From assembly GCA_023442215.1 (NCBI GenBank), contig JAEZMP010000216.1:1-53737 (forward strand): DNA of 53,737 nt, written 5' to 3'. The position numbers were made by a program, and so were the translations under genes. The DNA comes from Pseudomonadota bacterium. GTDB taxonomy: Bacteria; Pseudomonadota; Alphaproteobacteria; Rhizobiales; Segnochrobactraceae. Positions within the stretch are counted from its first letter, which is position 1, and the number at the start of each line of letters is the position of its first letter. Shown here piece after piece: positions 25,546 to 35,032 of the stretch. The notes under the pieces were generated by a model. It was not told the origin of the DNA. It did no database searches and saw nothing but the letters and a program-made list of their open reading frames with translations.

Positions 25546-25954
25546 TCGGGCGCGCCTGGTGCAGGATGACAAGGACCAGAGCGACGGCGCCGAGCTTTTG
25601 CGCAAGGACTGGGGCCACGAGTTCGGCCGCAACATCCAGACGGTGCAGGCCCTCTTCGAAGGCAACGAGGAGCTGTTCGGCGCCATCATGGGCGCGCGCG
25701 GCGCCGACGGGAAGAAGCTCGGCAACAACCCCGATGTCCTGCGCTTTCTGGTGAACATCGGCGTCAACGCGAATCCCTCCATTCGCGAGTATGCCGGCGA
25801 CGGCTCCGTCACCCTGGCCAGCGCCGCCGAGCGCATCAAGGAAATCGAGGACCTGCGAACCAAGGACTGGTCGAAGTACCGCTCGCCCGCCATCCAGGAG
25901 GAGTATTCCCGCCTCCTCTCCTATATGGAGGCCCGCGGCCAGAAGGTTGCGTGA
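25540..25954 (+). pseudogene. C-terminal fragment of head scaffolding protein
   Basis: LRKDWG.EF..N, LGNNPDVLRFL, ERIKEIE; no start codon for this frame; directly upstream of capsid gene. Confidence 0.75.
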
Positions 25955-25960
25955 TGGTTC

Positions 25961-26006
25961 TTGCCTGAATCATCAATATTCGTTACATAGAGTTCGCTTT
26001 TCGTTC
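25961..26006 (+). promoter_or_regulatory. Putative capsid promoter with LexA box
   Basis: TTGCCT-17-TACATA in an AT-rich patch; GTTC-GCTTTTC-GTTC at 25992-26006. Confidence 0.7.
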
Positions 26007-26014
26007 CTGATCGG

Positions 26015-26101
26015 GGCCACCCCGGCATCGCCGGCCGCCTGAGACGGAACACCCGCGCAAGAGCGGCAGCGGCGCCAGCCGGCCACCCCGCATCGAGCGG
26101 C
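26015..26101 (+). repeat. Three tandem CACCC + hairpin units in capsid leader
   Basis: Units at 26015-26035, 26046-26066 and 26081-26101. Confidence 0.7.
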
Positions 26102-26135
26102 AGACCCCCGACATCGTCAGATCTGGAGAACAGTC

Positions 26136-26984
26136 ATGGCCGATACGGCTCCCATGACCGTTTACCGCCGCGAGTGGGTGAAGGTGTTCGAACAGCGCAA
26201 TGCGCTGCTGCGCGACACCTGCATCACCGAGGGCATGATCGCCGGCAACCAGGTGGTGTTCCCCCTGGGCGGCTCCGGCGGCGCCTCGGCGACCACGCGC
26301 GGCATGAACGGTCGCATTCCCGCCCGCAAGAACAACGTCCAGCAGATCACCGCTCCGCTGGTCGAGGCCCACGACAAGGTGGAGCAGACCCGCTTCAACT
26401 TCTTCACCGCCCAGGCCGACATGCGCCAGCTCCAGCAGGTGGAGTCGGTGGGCGTCATCAATCGCGAGATCGACGACGTCATCATCGCCGAACTCCAGCA
26501 GGGCACGCAGGACACGGGCGCCGCCAAGAAGGCGAGCCTCAGCAACACGCTGCGGGCGCGCACCATCCTGCTGAACAACAAGATCGATCTGGATGGCAAC
26601 ATCCACTTCGTCATCTCTCCGGCCTATGAAGCCTACATGCTCCAGGTGCCGGAGTTCGCGTCGTCCCTCTATCGGGGCGCCACCCCGCTCACCGCCGGCG
26701 GGGCCTCCCCGCAGGAGGGCAACCGCTACATGTACGCGGGCCTGAAGTGGATCGTGCACAACCGCCTTCCCGGCGTGGGCACGGCCAACGAGACCTGCTT
26801 CATGTACCACAAGAACGCCCTCGGCCATGCCATCGACACGGCCGGGATGAGCACGGCCGCCGGCTACAACGAGGAAGACGACTTCTACTTCTTCCGGGCC
26901 TCCGTGTTCCACGGCGCGAAGCTGCTGCAGAACAGCGCTCTCGTGCTGGTGGCGCACGACGGCTCCGAATACGTGGCGGAGTGA
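26136..26984 (+). CDS. Major capsid protein
   Basis: 282 aa, GGAG RBS, strong codon bias, position after scaffold, INREID..II. Confidence 0.85.
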   Translation: MADTAPMTVYRREWVKVFEQRNALLRDTCITEGMIAGNQVVFPLGGSGGASATTRGMNGRIPARKNNVQQITAPLVEAHDKVEQTRFNFFTAQADMRQLQQVESVGVINREIDDVIIAELQQGTQDTGAAKKASLSNTLRARTILLNNKIDLDGNIHFVISPAYEAYMLQVPEFASSLYRGATPLTAGGASPQEGNRYMYAGLKWIVHNRLPGVGTANETCFMYHKNALGHAIDTAGMSTAAGYNEEDDFYFFRASVFHGAKLLQNSALVLVAHDGSEYVAE

Positions 26985-26988
26985 GCCC

Positions 26989-27249
26989 ATGGCCTACAAT
27001 CGGGACAGCCTTGTCACCGTCTCCTTCGAGCCCCTCGGCGGCGACTTCAAGATGTGGCGCTACGGCAGCACGGACGCGACCGCGACCGTGGCCGGCGCCG
27101 GCTACATCGCGGATGCGCTGAAGATGGGCATGAAGGTGGGGGACATCGTCATCGTGTCGAAGACCGACACCAACGCCATCACCTTCCATCGCGTCACGGC
27201 GGTGTCGGGCACCGGCGCCACCCTCTCGGCGGGCCTCGCCATTACCTGA
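26989..27249 (+). CDS. Small head-associated protein
   Basis: 86 aa between capsid gene and terminator. Confidence 0.7.
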   Translation: MAYNRDSLVTVSFEPLGGDFKMWRYGSTDATATVAGAGYIADALKMGMKVGDIVIVSKTDTNAITFHRVTAVSGTGATLSAGLAIT

Positions 27250-27274
27250 CGGCCCGACCATCGCTGAAACACAC

Positions 27275-27308
27275 GCCCCGCCGGACCCTCTCGGCGGGGC
27301 TTTTCTTT
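27275..27308 (+). terminator. Intrinsic terminator after capsid genes
   Basis: GCCCCGCCGG..TCGGCGGGGC-TTTTCTTT. Confidence 0.85.
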
Positions 27309-27318
27309 GGAGCCCAGC

Positions 27319-27792
27319 ATGTACAAGCCGTTCGTGAACGACCTGAAGGAGACGCCCTTTGCCTGCGTTTCCTACACCATCAAGGTGCCGGCGGGCGTCC
27401 ATATCGACGATCTGTCGAACCCGACGTGGTGGACTCACATCCGGGCGCTTCTGAAGCCCGGCGCCCTCGTGAACATCTTCGCTCTGGACCAGTCCCTCGA
27501 CGTCGAGCTGCGGGTTCTGGCAGTGGACGTCGCCGGGCCGAAGCTGCGTGTCCTGCGCGCCTATGCCGATCCCGTCGCCATGGAGCGGCTGGTGGAGCAG
27601 CGCGAGGCCTCCGCCGAGGAGCGCGCGCAGCGGCCGGCCTTCTTCGCCAAATGGCAGGGGCCGACGGCCAAGTGGTGCGTGATCCGTACCGAGACGCTGG
27701 AGGTGGTGGCCCGCGAGCTGGCGACGCGTGAGGACGCGGTGGCCGAGGTGGAGCGCCTCCTGGCCGAGCAGGCCATGGCGGTGGTGGCCTGA
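27319..27792 (+). CDS. Hypothetical virion-module protein
   Basis: 157-aa ORF with GGAG RBS. Confidence 0.75.
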   Translation: MYKPFVNDLKETPFACVSYTIKVPAGVHIDDLSNPTWWTHIRALLKPGALVNIFALDQSLDVELRVLAVDVAGPKLRVLRAYADPVAMERLVEQREASAEERAQRPAFFAKWQGPTAKWCVIRTETLEVVARELATREDAVAEVERLLAEQAMAVVA

Positions 27793-27793
27793 C

Positions 27794-28426
27794 ATGGCCT
27801 CGGTCCTGTCGATCTACAACTCCGCTTTGACGGAGCTGGGCCAGCGCACGCTCGCCGACATGCAGGACACCGGGGGCGGGGAGGCGAAGCGCCTCCTCGA
27901 CCGGAACTGGTGCGACGTGCGGGACCGGTGCCTTGAGGCCGGCTCGTGGTCCTTCGCCCTGCGCGCCGTGATGATCGACCCGGAAGAGGGGTTCACCCCC
28001 GCTTTCGGCTATGACCACGCCTTCGCCAAGCCCTGCGACTGGAAGCGCACGCATGTGATCGCTGCCAGTGAGCAGATGCGAGCCGGCCTCGTGCCCTTCC
28101 TCGATCAGGGCGGGCACTGGTACGCTAACATCAGCCCGCTCTACGTGCGCTACGTCTCCTGCCATGACCAGTTCGGCGGGGACGTCGGGCAATGGTCCGC
28201 CCACTTCGCGCACGCCATGAGCCTCATGCTCGCCGCCAAGATCGCGCCCAAGGCCATCGGCAGCAAGGAGGCGGCGGTCACGCTGGAGAAGGCGGGCGAC
28301 AAGGCCCTGGTGGAGGCGCTGGCGCTCGATGCGGGCAACCTCGGCTCCCAGCCGCTCCCGACGTCCTCCTGGGTGAACAGCCGGCGCGGCCGCTGGCCTA
28401 ACGCCTACGGCTCCGCGAGGTCCTGA
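27794..28426 (+). CDS. Tail adaptor (tail tubular protein A-like)
   Basis: IYNSALTELG, WSFA, F..A....LAAKIA; size and position. Confidence 0.82.
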   Translation: MASVLSIYNSALTELGQRTLADMQDTGGGEAKRLLDRNWCDVRDRCLEAGSWSFALRAVMIDPEEGFTPAFGYDHAFAKPCDWKRTHVIAASEQMRAGLVPFLDQGGHWYANISPLYVRYVSCHDQFGGDVGQWSAHFAHAMSLMLAAKIAPKAIGSKEAAVTLEKAGDKALVEALALDAGNLGSQPLPTSSWVNSRRGRWPNAYGSARS

Positions 28427-31413
28427 TGGCAACGCTGCGTCCCGAAGTCGTCACCTTCAACAGGGGCGAGGTGGCGAAGACGGCGCTCGCCCGCGTCGAT
28501 CTCGCCCAGATGCGCCTCGCCGCAGAGCTCCAGCGCAACTTCGTACCGAAGACCTATGGGCCCATGCTCATGCGGCCGCCGCTGGAGTTCCTGGAGCCCA
28601 TCGCCGAGCATGGCGCGCGCTCCAAGATGGTGCCCTTCGTCTTCAGCATGGAGGACATGGCGCTGGTGGAGTTCTGCCGGCTGGGCATGCGCTTCTGGCG
28701 GCAGCGGGACGGGGTCACGGTGGGCGAGCACCCGGGAGACCTCATCGAGCGCCTGGAGCCGATCCAGCGGGGTGATGCCGGCGCCGCCTTCGTGAACGGC
28801 AACTGGCTCAACGGCCTCACCGGCTGGTCCTCGTGGGTGTCGGGAAACCCCGCGGATGCGCCGGCGCCGGAGGACGACGACAAGCCGTCCTTCGATATCG
28901 GCGACCTGTCCGACTGGCTGAACAACCTGCTGAACGGCCTCGGCGCAGCGCAGACGGGCGGCGGTTCCTCGGGGAGCACCATCACGCCGATCTATCCCAC
29001 GGCGGTGGCCGATGGTCGCGGCCTCGTCCTGAACGTGATTCCCCGCGGCGGATCGGTCCGGGTGTGGCAGACCATCCCCATTGGCGCCGGGCGCGCCGCG
29101 GTGGGCGTGCGCATTGACGTGACGCGCGGGCCGGTCATCTTCCGGGTGAACACGCCGTCCGGGCCCGCCGTCTTCGATACCGAGCTGGACACCGGCTACC
29201 ACTCCATCGTGCTCCCGCCGGACCTCGGGGATTACACGTTCGAGTTCGAGAGCCGGCTCCAGCGAGAGATCATCGTCAAGTCCATCGCCTTCGAGCCGGC
29301 GGGGCCGCTGCTGCTGCCCTACTATGCCGACGGCGGCTACAACGCGGACTATTATTCGGGCGACTTCGCCAACCTGAAGCGGCTGCGCTGGTACCAGTCG
29401 GGCGACCAGATGTTCATGGCGCGGGAGAAGCGCGCGCCGAGCATCCTGGAGCGCCGCTCGCCCGTCTCCTTCTCCCATGTGATCTACCGGCCAGAGGACG
29501 GCCCGTTCTCCGCCGACGTCACGGTGAAGCAGGTGAAGCTCCGGGTCGATGTGACCGAGGGCAACGGCCGAATTTTCGCGGACCGCCCCTTCTTCCGCGC
29601 CGGGCACCTCAACGCGCTCTTCGAGGTGTTCAACCAGAACTACAACCAGACCTTCACCCTCGGCGCCTCGAACGCCTACACCGACCCCATGCGGGTGACG
29701 GGGACCTGCTTCATCCAGAACGACCAGCTCTTTTCCGAGCGCTGGATCGTGACGAATTATCAAGGGTTCTACGACGGCTCGGCCTACCACATGGTGTCCC
29801 GGGACGATCCCGACGGCGGCTACAAGATCAAGGGTGATCCCTACGCCGCGAACATGTCGAAGAACACCTTCACGAAGAATAACGCCTCGATCAACAAGAG
29901 CGAGAAGACCACCGACTTCATCACCGACAACAACGCGATCAACTTCCACAAGTTCGGTTTCCGGGACGGCACCTATCGGTCCGGCTCCCTCACCGTGAAC
30001 CAGCAATATCCCTGGGGCGGCGGCAAGGGGCGGTGCCGGATTACGCGGGTGGTCTCGTCCACCGAGTGCGAGATTGAAGTGCTCAAACCCTTCTTCAACT
30101 CCACCTTCTCGGACTTCTGGAAGGAGGGGGAATGGTCGGATTACCGGGGCTGGCCGACGGCCGTGGGCATCACGGAAAGCCGGCTGTTCTGGGCCAAGGG
30201 CGACCAGATGTACGGCTCGGTCTCGGACAATTACGTGTCCCATGACATCGAGGCGAACGACAGCGGCGACAGCGCGGCGATCTCGCGCTCGGTCTCCACC
30301 ACCGGCACCATCGACAACATCCGTTTCATCCTGCCTATGTCCCGCCTGGTCGTGGGGACCGAGGGCAGCATCTCCTCCATCCGCTCCTCCTCCTTCGACG
30401 AGCCGCTGACCGGCGGAGCTTTCACGCCGCGGCCGGCGACTACCCATGGCACCTCGCCCGATGTACAGCCCTGCCGCCTCGACGCGCGGGCGATCTATGC
30501 GCATCGTTCCGAGACGCGGCTCATGGAGTTCAGCTACAGCCCGCAGGTGCAGGATTATCAGGCCCGCGACCTGAACCTCTTGAACGACGAAATCCTGGAG
30601 GGCGTGGACGCCATCGCCATTCAGCGCCAGCCGGACACGCGGGTGCATGCCATCCGGCCGGATGGCACCGTCGCCATGTTCATGACCGACTTCCTCGAGG
30701 AGGTGGACTGCTGGTCCACGGTGGAGACGGACGGCGTCATCGAGGACGTGGCGGTGCTGCCGGCCAAGGGCGAGGATGCGGTCTATTACATCGTCCGCCG
30801 CACCACCGCCGACGGCACGCGCCGCTATCTGGAGAAGTGGGCGCGGGAGAAGGAGGGCAAAGGCGGGCTCGTCGGCGGCGACTGCTTCATCCGCAGTCCG
30901 TCCACGCCTGACGCCTTCCGCCACCTCGAAGGCAAGCAGGTGGTGGCCCTGCGTGGGGACGAGGTGCTCGCCGACGGCAGCGACTACAAGCCCTATGGGA
31001 CCATCAGCAACGGCCGCCTCGTGCTGGACGGCGCGGCGGTGGTGGTCTCGGCGGACCTGAAAGTCGGGCTGCCCTACCGCGCCCGGTACAAGTCGCCGAA
31101 GCTCGCCTATGGCGGGCGGATCGGCACCGCGTTGTTGCAGAAGAAGGCGGTGAAGTCCTTCGGCTTCGCCCTTGCCCATGCGCACAGGAAGGCGCTGCGC
31201 TACGGGCCGGATTTCGACCTTATGGACCCCATGCCCACCATCGAGGGCGATGAGATCCAGGCGGAGGATGCCGTCTACACGGTCTATGACGCGCCCATGG
31301 GCATGTGGGGCGGCGGCTTCGACACGGATTCCCGGATCTGCCTCGAATGCGTCGCGCCCTATTCCGCGGCGGTGCTCGGCACCATCTTCGGGATCACCAC
31401 CAATGAATCCTGA
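28426..31413 (+). CDS. Tail nozzle (tail tubular protein B-like)
   Basis: TFNRGEV, GWPTAV..ESRL, VGLPY; 995 aa. Confidence 0.85.
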   Translation: MATLRPEVVTFNRGEVAKTALARVDLAQMRLAAELQRNFVPKTYGPMLMRPPLEFLEPIAEHGARSKMVPFVFSMEDMALVEFCRLGMRFWRQRDGVTVGEHPGDLIERLEPIQRGDAGAAFVNGNWLNGLTGWSSWVSGNPADAPAPEDDDKPSFDIGDLSDWLNNLLNGLGAAQTGGGSSGSTITPIYPTAVADGRGLVLNVIPRGGSVRVWQTIPIGAGRAAVGVRIDVTRGPVIFRVNTPSGPAVFDTELDTGYHSIVLPPDLGDYTFEFESRLQREIIVKSIAFEPAGPLLLPYYADGGYNADYYSGDFANLKRLRWYQSGDQMFMAREKRAPSILERRSPVSFSHVIYRPEDGPFSADVTVKQVKLRVDVTEGNGRIFADRPFFRAGHLNALFEVFNQNYNQTFTLGASNAYTDPMRVTGTCFIQNDQLFSERWIVTNYQGFYDGSAYHMVSRDDPDGGYKIKGDPYAANMSKNTFTKNNASINKSEKTTDFITDNNAINFHKFGFRDGTYRSGSLTVNQQYPWGGGKGRCRITRVVSSTECEIEVLKPFFNSTFSDFWKEGEWSDYRGWPTAVGITESRLFWAKGDQMYGSVSDNYVSHDIEANDSGDSAAISRSVSTTGTIDNIRFILPMSRLVVGTEGSISSIRSSSFDEPLTGGAFTPRPATTHGTSPDVQPCRLDARAIYAHRSETRLMEFSYSPQVQDYQARDLNLLNDEILEGVDAIAIQRQPDTRVHAIRPDGTVAMFMTDFLEEVDCWSTVETDGVIEDVAVLPAKGEDAVYYIVRRTTADGTRRYLEKWAREKEGKGGLVGGDCFIRSPSTPDAFRHLEGKQVVALRGDEVLADGSDYKPYGTISNGRLVLDGAAVVVSADLKVGLPYRARYKSPKLAYGGRIGTALLQKKAVKSFGFALAHAHRKALRYGPDFDLMDPMPTIEGDEIQAEDAVYTVYDAPMGMWGGGFDTDSRICLECVAPYSAAVLGTIFGITTNES

Positions 31414-31771
31414 AATCCGCCCCCTGGTCCCTGAGGACCTGCCGCGGCAGTGTGGCCGCGCGGCCGACGAGCGGACCGTGGGACTGATCGGCTTCGTGGA
31501 CGGGCGCTTCGTCGCGGCCGGCGGCCTCGACTACTGCGAGAGCGGCGAGGTCATCGCCTGGTGCAAGGTCACGCGAGAAGCGCGGCGCCACCGGATTGCC
31601 TTCTGGCGGGAGTGCCGGCGGGTGCTGGAGGCGGCGCGCGAAGCCGGCCACGAGCGGGTGCTGGCCGTCGCCTCCCCGATCATCCCGACCGCGCCCGCAT
31701 TCCTCGCCCGCCTCGGCTTCCGGGAAGTGGGGACCCGCTTCGGCATGCGCCTCTTCGCCTGGGAGCCCTGA
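31403..31771 (+). CDS. Acetyltransferase-fold virion assembly protein (T7 gp13-like)
   Basis: FLARLGF; position after nozzle. Confidence 0.7.
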   Translation: MNPEIRPLVPEDLPRQCGRAADERTVGLIGFVDGRFVAAGGLDYCESGEVIAWCKVTREARRHRIAFWRECRRVLEAAREAGHERVLAVASPIIPTAPAFLARLGFREVGTRFGMRLFAWEP

Positions 31772-31773
31772 CG

Positions 31774-32232
31774 ATGTTCGCCCCCTTGATCGGTCTCCTC
31801 GGATCGGCGGTCTCCGCCGTCGGCACCATCGCCGCCGGCAATGCCCAGGCGGCGGCGGCCGAATACCAGAAGAAGCAGGACCTCATCAACGCGAGCCAGG
31901 AGCAGGCGGCGGCCCAGCGCAAGGCCGAGGGCGAGCGGATCAAGACGAACCGCTTCATCTCCTCGCAGAAGGCAGCGGCCGGGCTCTCCGGCGGGACCAC
32001 GGCAGATCCATCCACTTTGAACCAAATTGGAGCGACCCAGCAGGAGGGCTCGCTGCGGGAGCAGTTCACCCTCTACGAAGGGCAGGAGAAGAAGCGCCAA
32101 TGGCTGACGCAGGCGCAGGCGGAAGACATCCAGGCCAAAAACGCGAAGCAGGCCGGGATGCTCGGCGCCGCGGGAACGATCATCGGTGGGCTCGGCGGCG
32201 CCGCCAAATCCTGGTCCTCGGCCTACGGGTGA
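31774..32232 (+). CDS. Internal virion/ejection protein (gp14-like)
   Basis: Gly/Ala hydrophobic termini, Gln/Ala-rich core. Confidence 0.8.
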   Translation: MFAPLIGLLGSAVSAVGTIAAGNAQAAAAEYQKKQDLINASQEQAAAQRKAEGERIKTNRFISSQKAAAGLSGGTTADPSTLNQIGATQQEGSLREQFTLYEGQEKKRQWLTQAQAEDIQAKNAKQAGMLGAAGTIIGGLGGAAKSWSSAYG

Positions 32233-32236
32233 TGCC

Positions 32237-35026
32237 ATGGTGAAGATCCCCGATATCGAGGATTTCAGCTCCCGCCGCGATTTCGGTGTGGACCGGGATG
32301 TTCGTCCTGCGGTGACGCAGGCCAACATCTCCAATGCCGGTGCGCCAGGCGCGGCACTCGCCGGGGTGGGGCGGGCCATCGCCGGCCTGGGCGGCGATCT
32401 TCAGGCGGTCGCGGATAAGCAGAAGGCGGAGCAGGATCAGCTCGCCGGCTTCAAGGCCCAGACCGGCTATTACGAGATGCTGGGCAACATCGACCGGGAG
32501 ACGGCGGAGGCCAAGAAAAGCGCGGCGCCCGACGGCACCGGCTGGGACCAGACGTCTGCCGGCATCCGCCAGCGCAACACCACCTCGTTTCTCAACGGCC
32601 TGACGGATCCGAAGCTGCGCGCCCGCTTCGAGCCGCACATCGCGGAGGTGAACCGGACCTATGAGACGAGGGACCGCTCCTTCGTCGAGCAACAGCGCAA
32701 CGGCTTCTACAAGGCCGAGATCGACAAGTACGGTGGCGCCACGGCTGTGGCGCTGGAGAAGAACCCCGACAGTTGGAACGACGTGGTGGGCGGATTCGCC
32801 CAGCTCCTCGCCAAATCGGGTCTGCCGGAAAAGGACCGCGAGGCGGTGCTGGACAAGGGCACGCGCCAGTTTGCCCAGGCCCGCATTCGAGGGCTCACTG
32901 CGCAGGGCCGTTTCGACGAAGCCAAGGCCTTCGCGGATCAGGAGGATGCGCGCGAGGCCGCGCGGGTCGGGGTGACGCCATCTGCTCCACGCGCCGGATC
33001 GCCTCCCCGCGCTGGCGCGATGGATCCCCGCACCGTGCACAGCATGTTCCGCGCCGAGGTGGAGAGGCAGGGCCTTGTCGGCATGGTCCCAATGGACGGG
33101 CCGAAATACGGCATCCGCACCGGGTCGGCAGAGGAATGGGCGAACTATTTCACCGGGCTCGCCAAGCACGAGAGCGGGCTGAAAAACAGCACCGTGGGCG
33201 ACGTCGGAGATTTCGAGGGCGGCTCTCGCGGGTTGCTCCAGCTCTCCTATGCCGACGCGCCGCGATACGGGCTGAACGACGGCAAGCCTTTCACGCCGGA
33301 GCAACTGGCCGACCCCGCGCAGAATGCAGCAGCGGGCGTCGCGATCACGAAGCAGCTCGTTGACAAGGCCGGGACCATCCGCGGGGGCGCTGGAAAGTAT
33401 TGGGGGCCTATCACAAAAGAGAACTGGACGCCCGGCAACGGGCGGGACCGCGACCTGCCATGGAACGAGCTCAGTTCGGGCCAATCCCCCGTGCCGGTCC
33501 AGGGCTCTCTCACCCTCGGCGCCTATGCAACATCCCTCCAGAACCAGCAGCAGCACGCCCAGCTCCAGCAGCAGAATGCCGAGCGCGCGGCGCTGAAGCA
33601 GCAGCACGAGGCCTGGGTCAACCAGTTCGAGTTCGGCGTAATCGACGGCAAGGTGGGGATGGCGGATCTCCAGCTTGCGCGGGACAACGGCCTCGTAACC
33701 GATGCGGGCGAATACCAGAAGCTGGAAAAGCTGATCGAGGATCGGCAGGGAGAGACGAACATCTTCGCCGACGTCATCGACAAGATCGACGGCCAGAACA
33801 AGGCCTATGCGTTCGACCCGCTGGACAAGGACGACAAGAAGGCGGTCGAGGCCTACTCGCAGGCCTACAAGCTGGGCGAGGGGATCGGGAAGCAGGACCC
33901 GTCAGTGATTAACCGGGCGTCGAACGTGGTGGACCGCACCGGCATGATCCCGCGGGACGTGGTGGGTCCGTTGCAGGCCAAGTTCCGATCCACGGACGTG
34001 GGCGCCTTCACCTTCGGCATGCAGGCCATGCAGGCGCTGTATCAGCGCAGCCCAGACGTGTTCGCGAAGACCTTCGGCGAGAAGGTCACCCAGAGCGTGG
34101 CCACGTGGGGCCAGCTGGCGCCGTATCGCTCGGCGCAGGAATCCTTCGACCTCATCAAGAAGGATTCAGACCCGGCCGCCGCGGCACAGAAGGAGAAGCT
34201 CCTGAAGGAGGCGGACAAGGCGATGAAGGACGCGCCGATCACGGCCGCCGACCTGCCCGCCATCTTCTACGGCAATATGGATTACGAGGGGCCGGCCTCG
34301 AAGGACCTCGGCCCTTGGGATAAGGACCGGTGGGCTGGCGGCCCGCCAATGGCGCCGGCGCAGTCGCAGCTCCAGTTCGACTATGCCAAGCTCTACCGTG
34401 AGAACTATGCCCTTGCCCAAGGCGATGCGGACGTGGCCAAAAAGACCACCATCCAGCAGATGCAGCGCATGTGGGGCGAGACGCGGGTCCATGGAGCCGG
34501 CGGCTCCTCGGCTTGGGGCGTGTTCGGCCTGCGGGACCGGGTGGTGAAGTACCCGCCCGAGCGGTTCTATCCGCCGGTGGACGGCTCCTATGACTGGCTC
34601 AAGGGCGCCGTGGAAGACGCGGTGAAGGGAAATGCGGAGGCGGTCGCGGACTGGGAACTGCTGCCGGTGCCGGAGACCGCCGCCGACGTGAAAGCCGGAT
34701 CCGCGCCCCGCTACGGCATCATGGTGAAGAACGATGCCGGCGTATGGTCAGAGCTTCGGGACCAGTCCAACCAGCCCCTGTTGATCGACTTCGACCCGAA
34801 GGCGAGCCGTCGCGCCGGCCAAGACAAGGCGCAGCAGGAGGCGGCGGTCGCGGCGGGGCGGCAGGCGGCAGCTGGTGATGCGAACCGCGACCTCTACCAG
34901 GCTGGCGGCAACCCCTTCGCTCTGATGCCGCAGGAACAGGTGGCGCCCGGTCCCGAGGTGAACGCGGCCATGCAGCGCCGCTTAGGCCCGAAGACCGGCG
35001 TCGGAAGCGCCAAGATTCCGGAGTGA
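32237..35026 (+). CDS. Internal virion protein with lytic transglycosylase domain
   Basis: KHESGL, SRGLLQL, L.DP..N. Confidence 0.82.
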   Translation: MVKIPDIEDFSSRRDFGVDRDVRPAVTQANISNAGAPGAALAGVGRAIAGLGGDLQAVADKQKAEQDQLAGFKAQTGYYEMLGNIDRETAEAKKSAAPDGTGWDQTSAGIRQRNTTSFLNGLTDPKLRARFEPHIAEVNRTYETRDRSFVEQQRNGFYKAEIDKYGGATAVALEKNPDSWNDVVGGFAQLLAKSGLPEKDREAVLDKGTRQFAQARIRGLTAQGRFDEAKAFADQEDAREAARVGVTPSAPRAGSPPRAGAMDPRTVHSMFRAEVERQGLVGMVPMDGPKYGIRTGSAEEWANYFTGLAKHESGLKNSTVGDVGDFEGGSRGLLQLSYADAPRYGLNDGKPFTPEQLADPAQNAAAGVAITKQLVDKAGTIRGGAGKYWGPITKENWTPGNGRDRDLPWNELSSGQSPVPVQGSLTLGAYATSLQNQQQHAQLQQQNAERAALKQQHEAWVNQFEFGVIDGKVGMADLQLARDNGLVTDAGEYQKLEKLIEDRQGETNIFADVIDKIDGQNKAYAFDPLDKDDKKAVEAYSQAYKLGEGIGKQDPSVINRASNVVDRTGMIPRDVVGPLQAKFRSTDVGAFTFGMQAMQALYQRSPDVFAKTFGEKVTQSVATWGQLAPYRSAQESFDLIKKDSDPAAAAQKEKLLKEADKAMKDAPITAADLPAIFYGNMDYEGPASKDLGPWDKDRWAGGPPMAPAQSQLQFDYAKLYRENYALAQGDADVAKKTTIQQMQRMWGETRVHGAGGSSAWGVFGLRDRVVKYPPERFYPPVDGSYDWLKGAVEDAVKGNAEAVADWELLPVPETAADVKAGSAPRYGIMVKNDAGVWSELRDQSNQPLLIDFDPKASRRAGQDKAQQEAAVAAGRQAAAGDANRDLYQAGGNPFALMPQEQVAPGPEVNAAMQRRLGPKTGVGSAKIPE

Positions 35027-35032
35027 TTGTCC

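Noticed and set aside
26015..26101. Mini CRISPR array
   Set aside because: Repeats are degenerate, spacers too short, no cas genes
28405..31185. 926-aa minus-strand ORF
   Set aside because: Shadow of the tail nozzle gene
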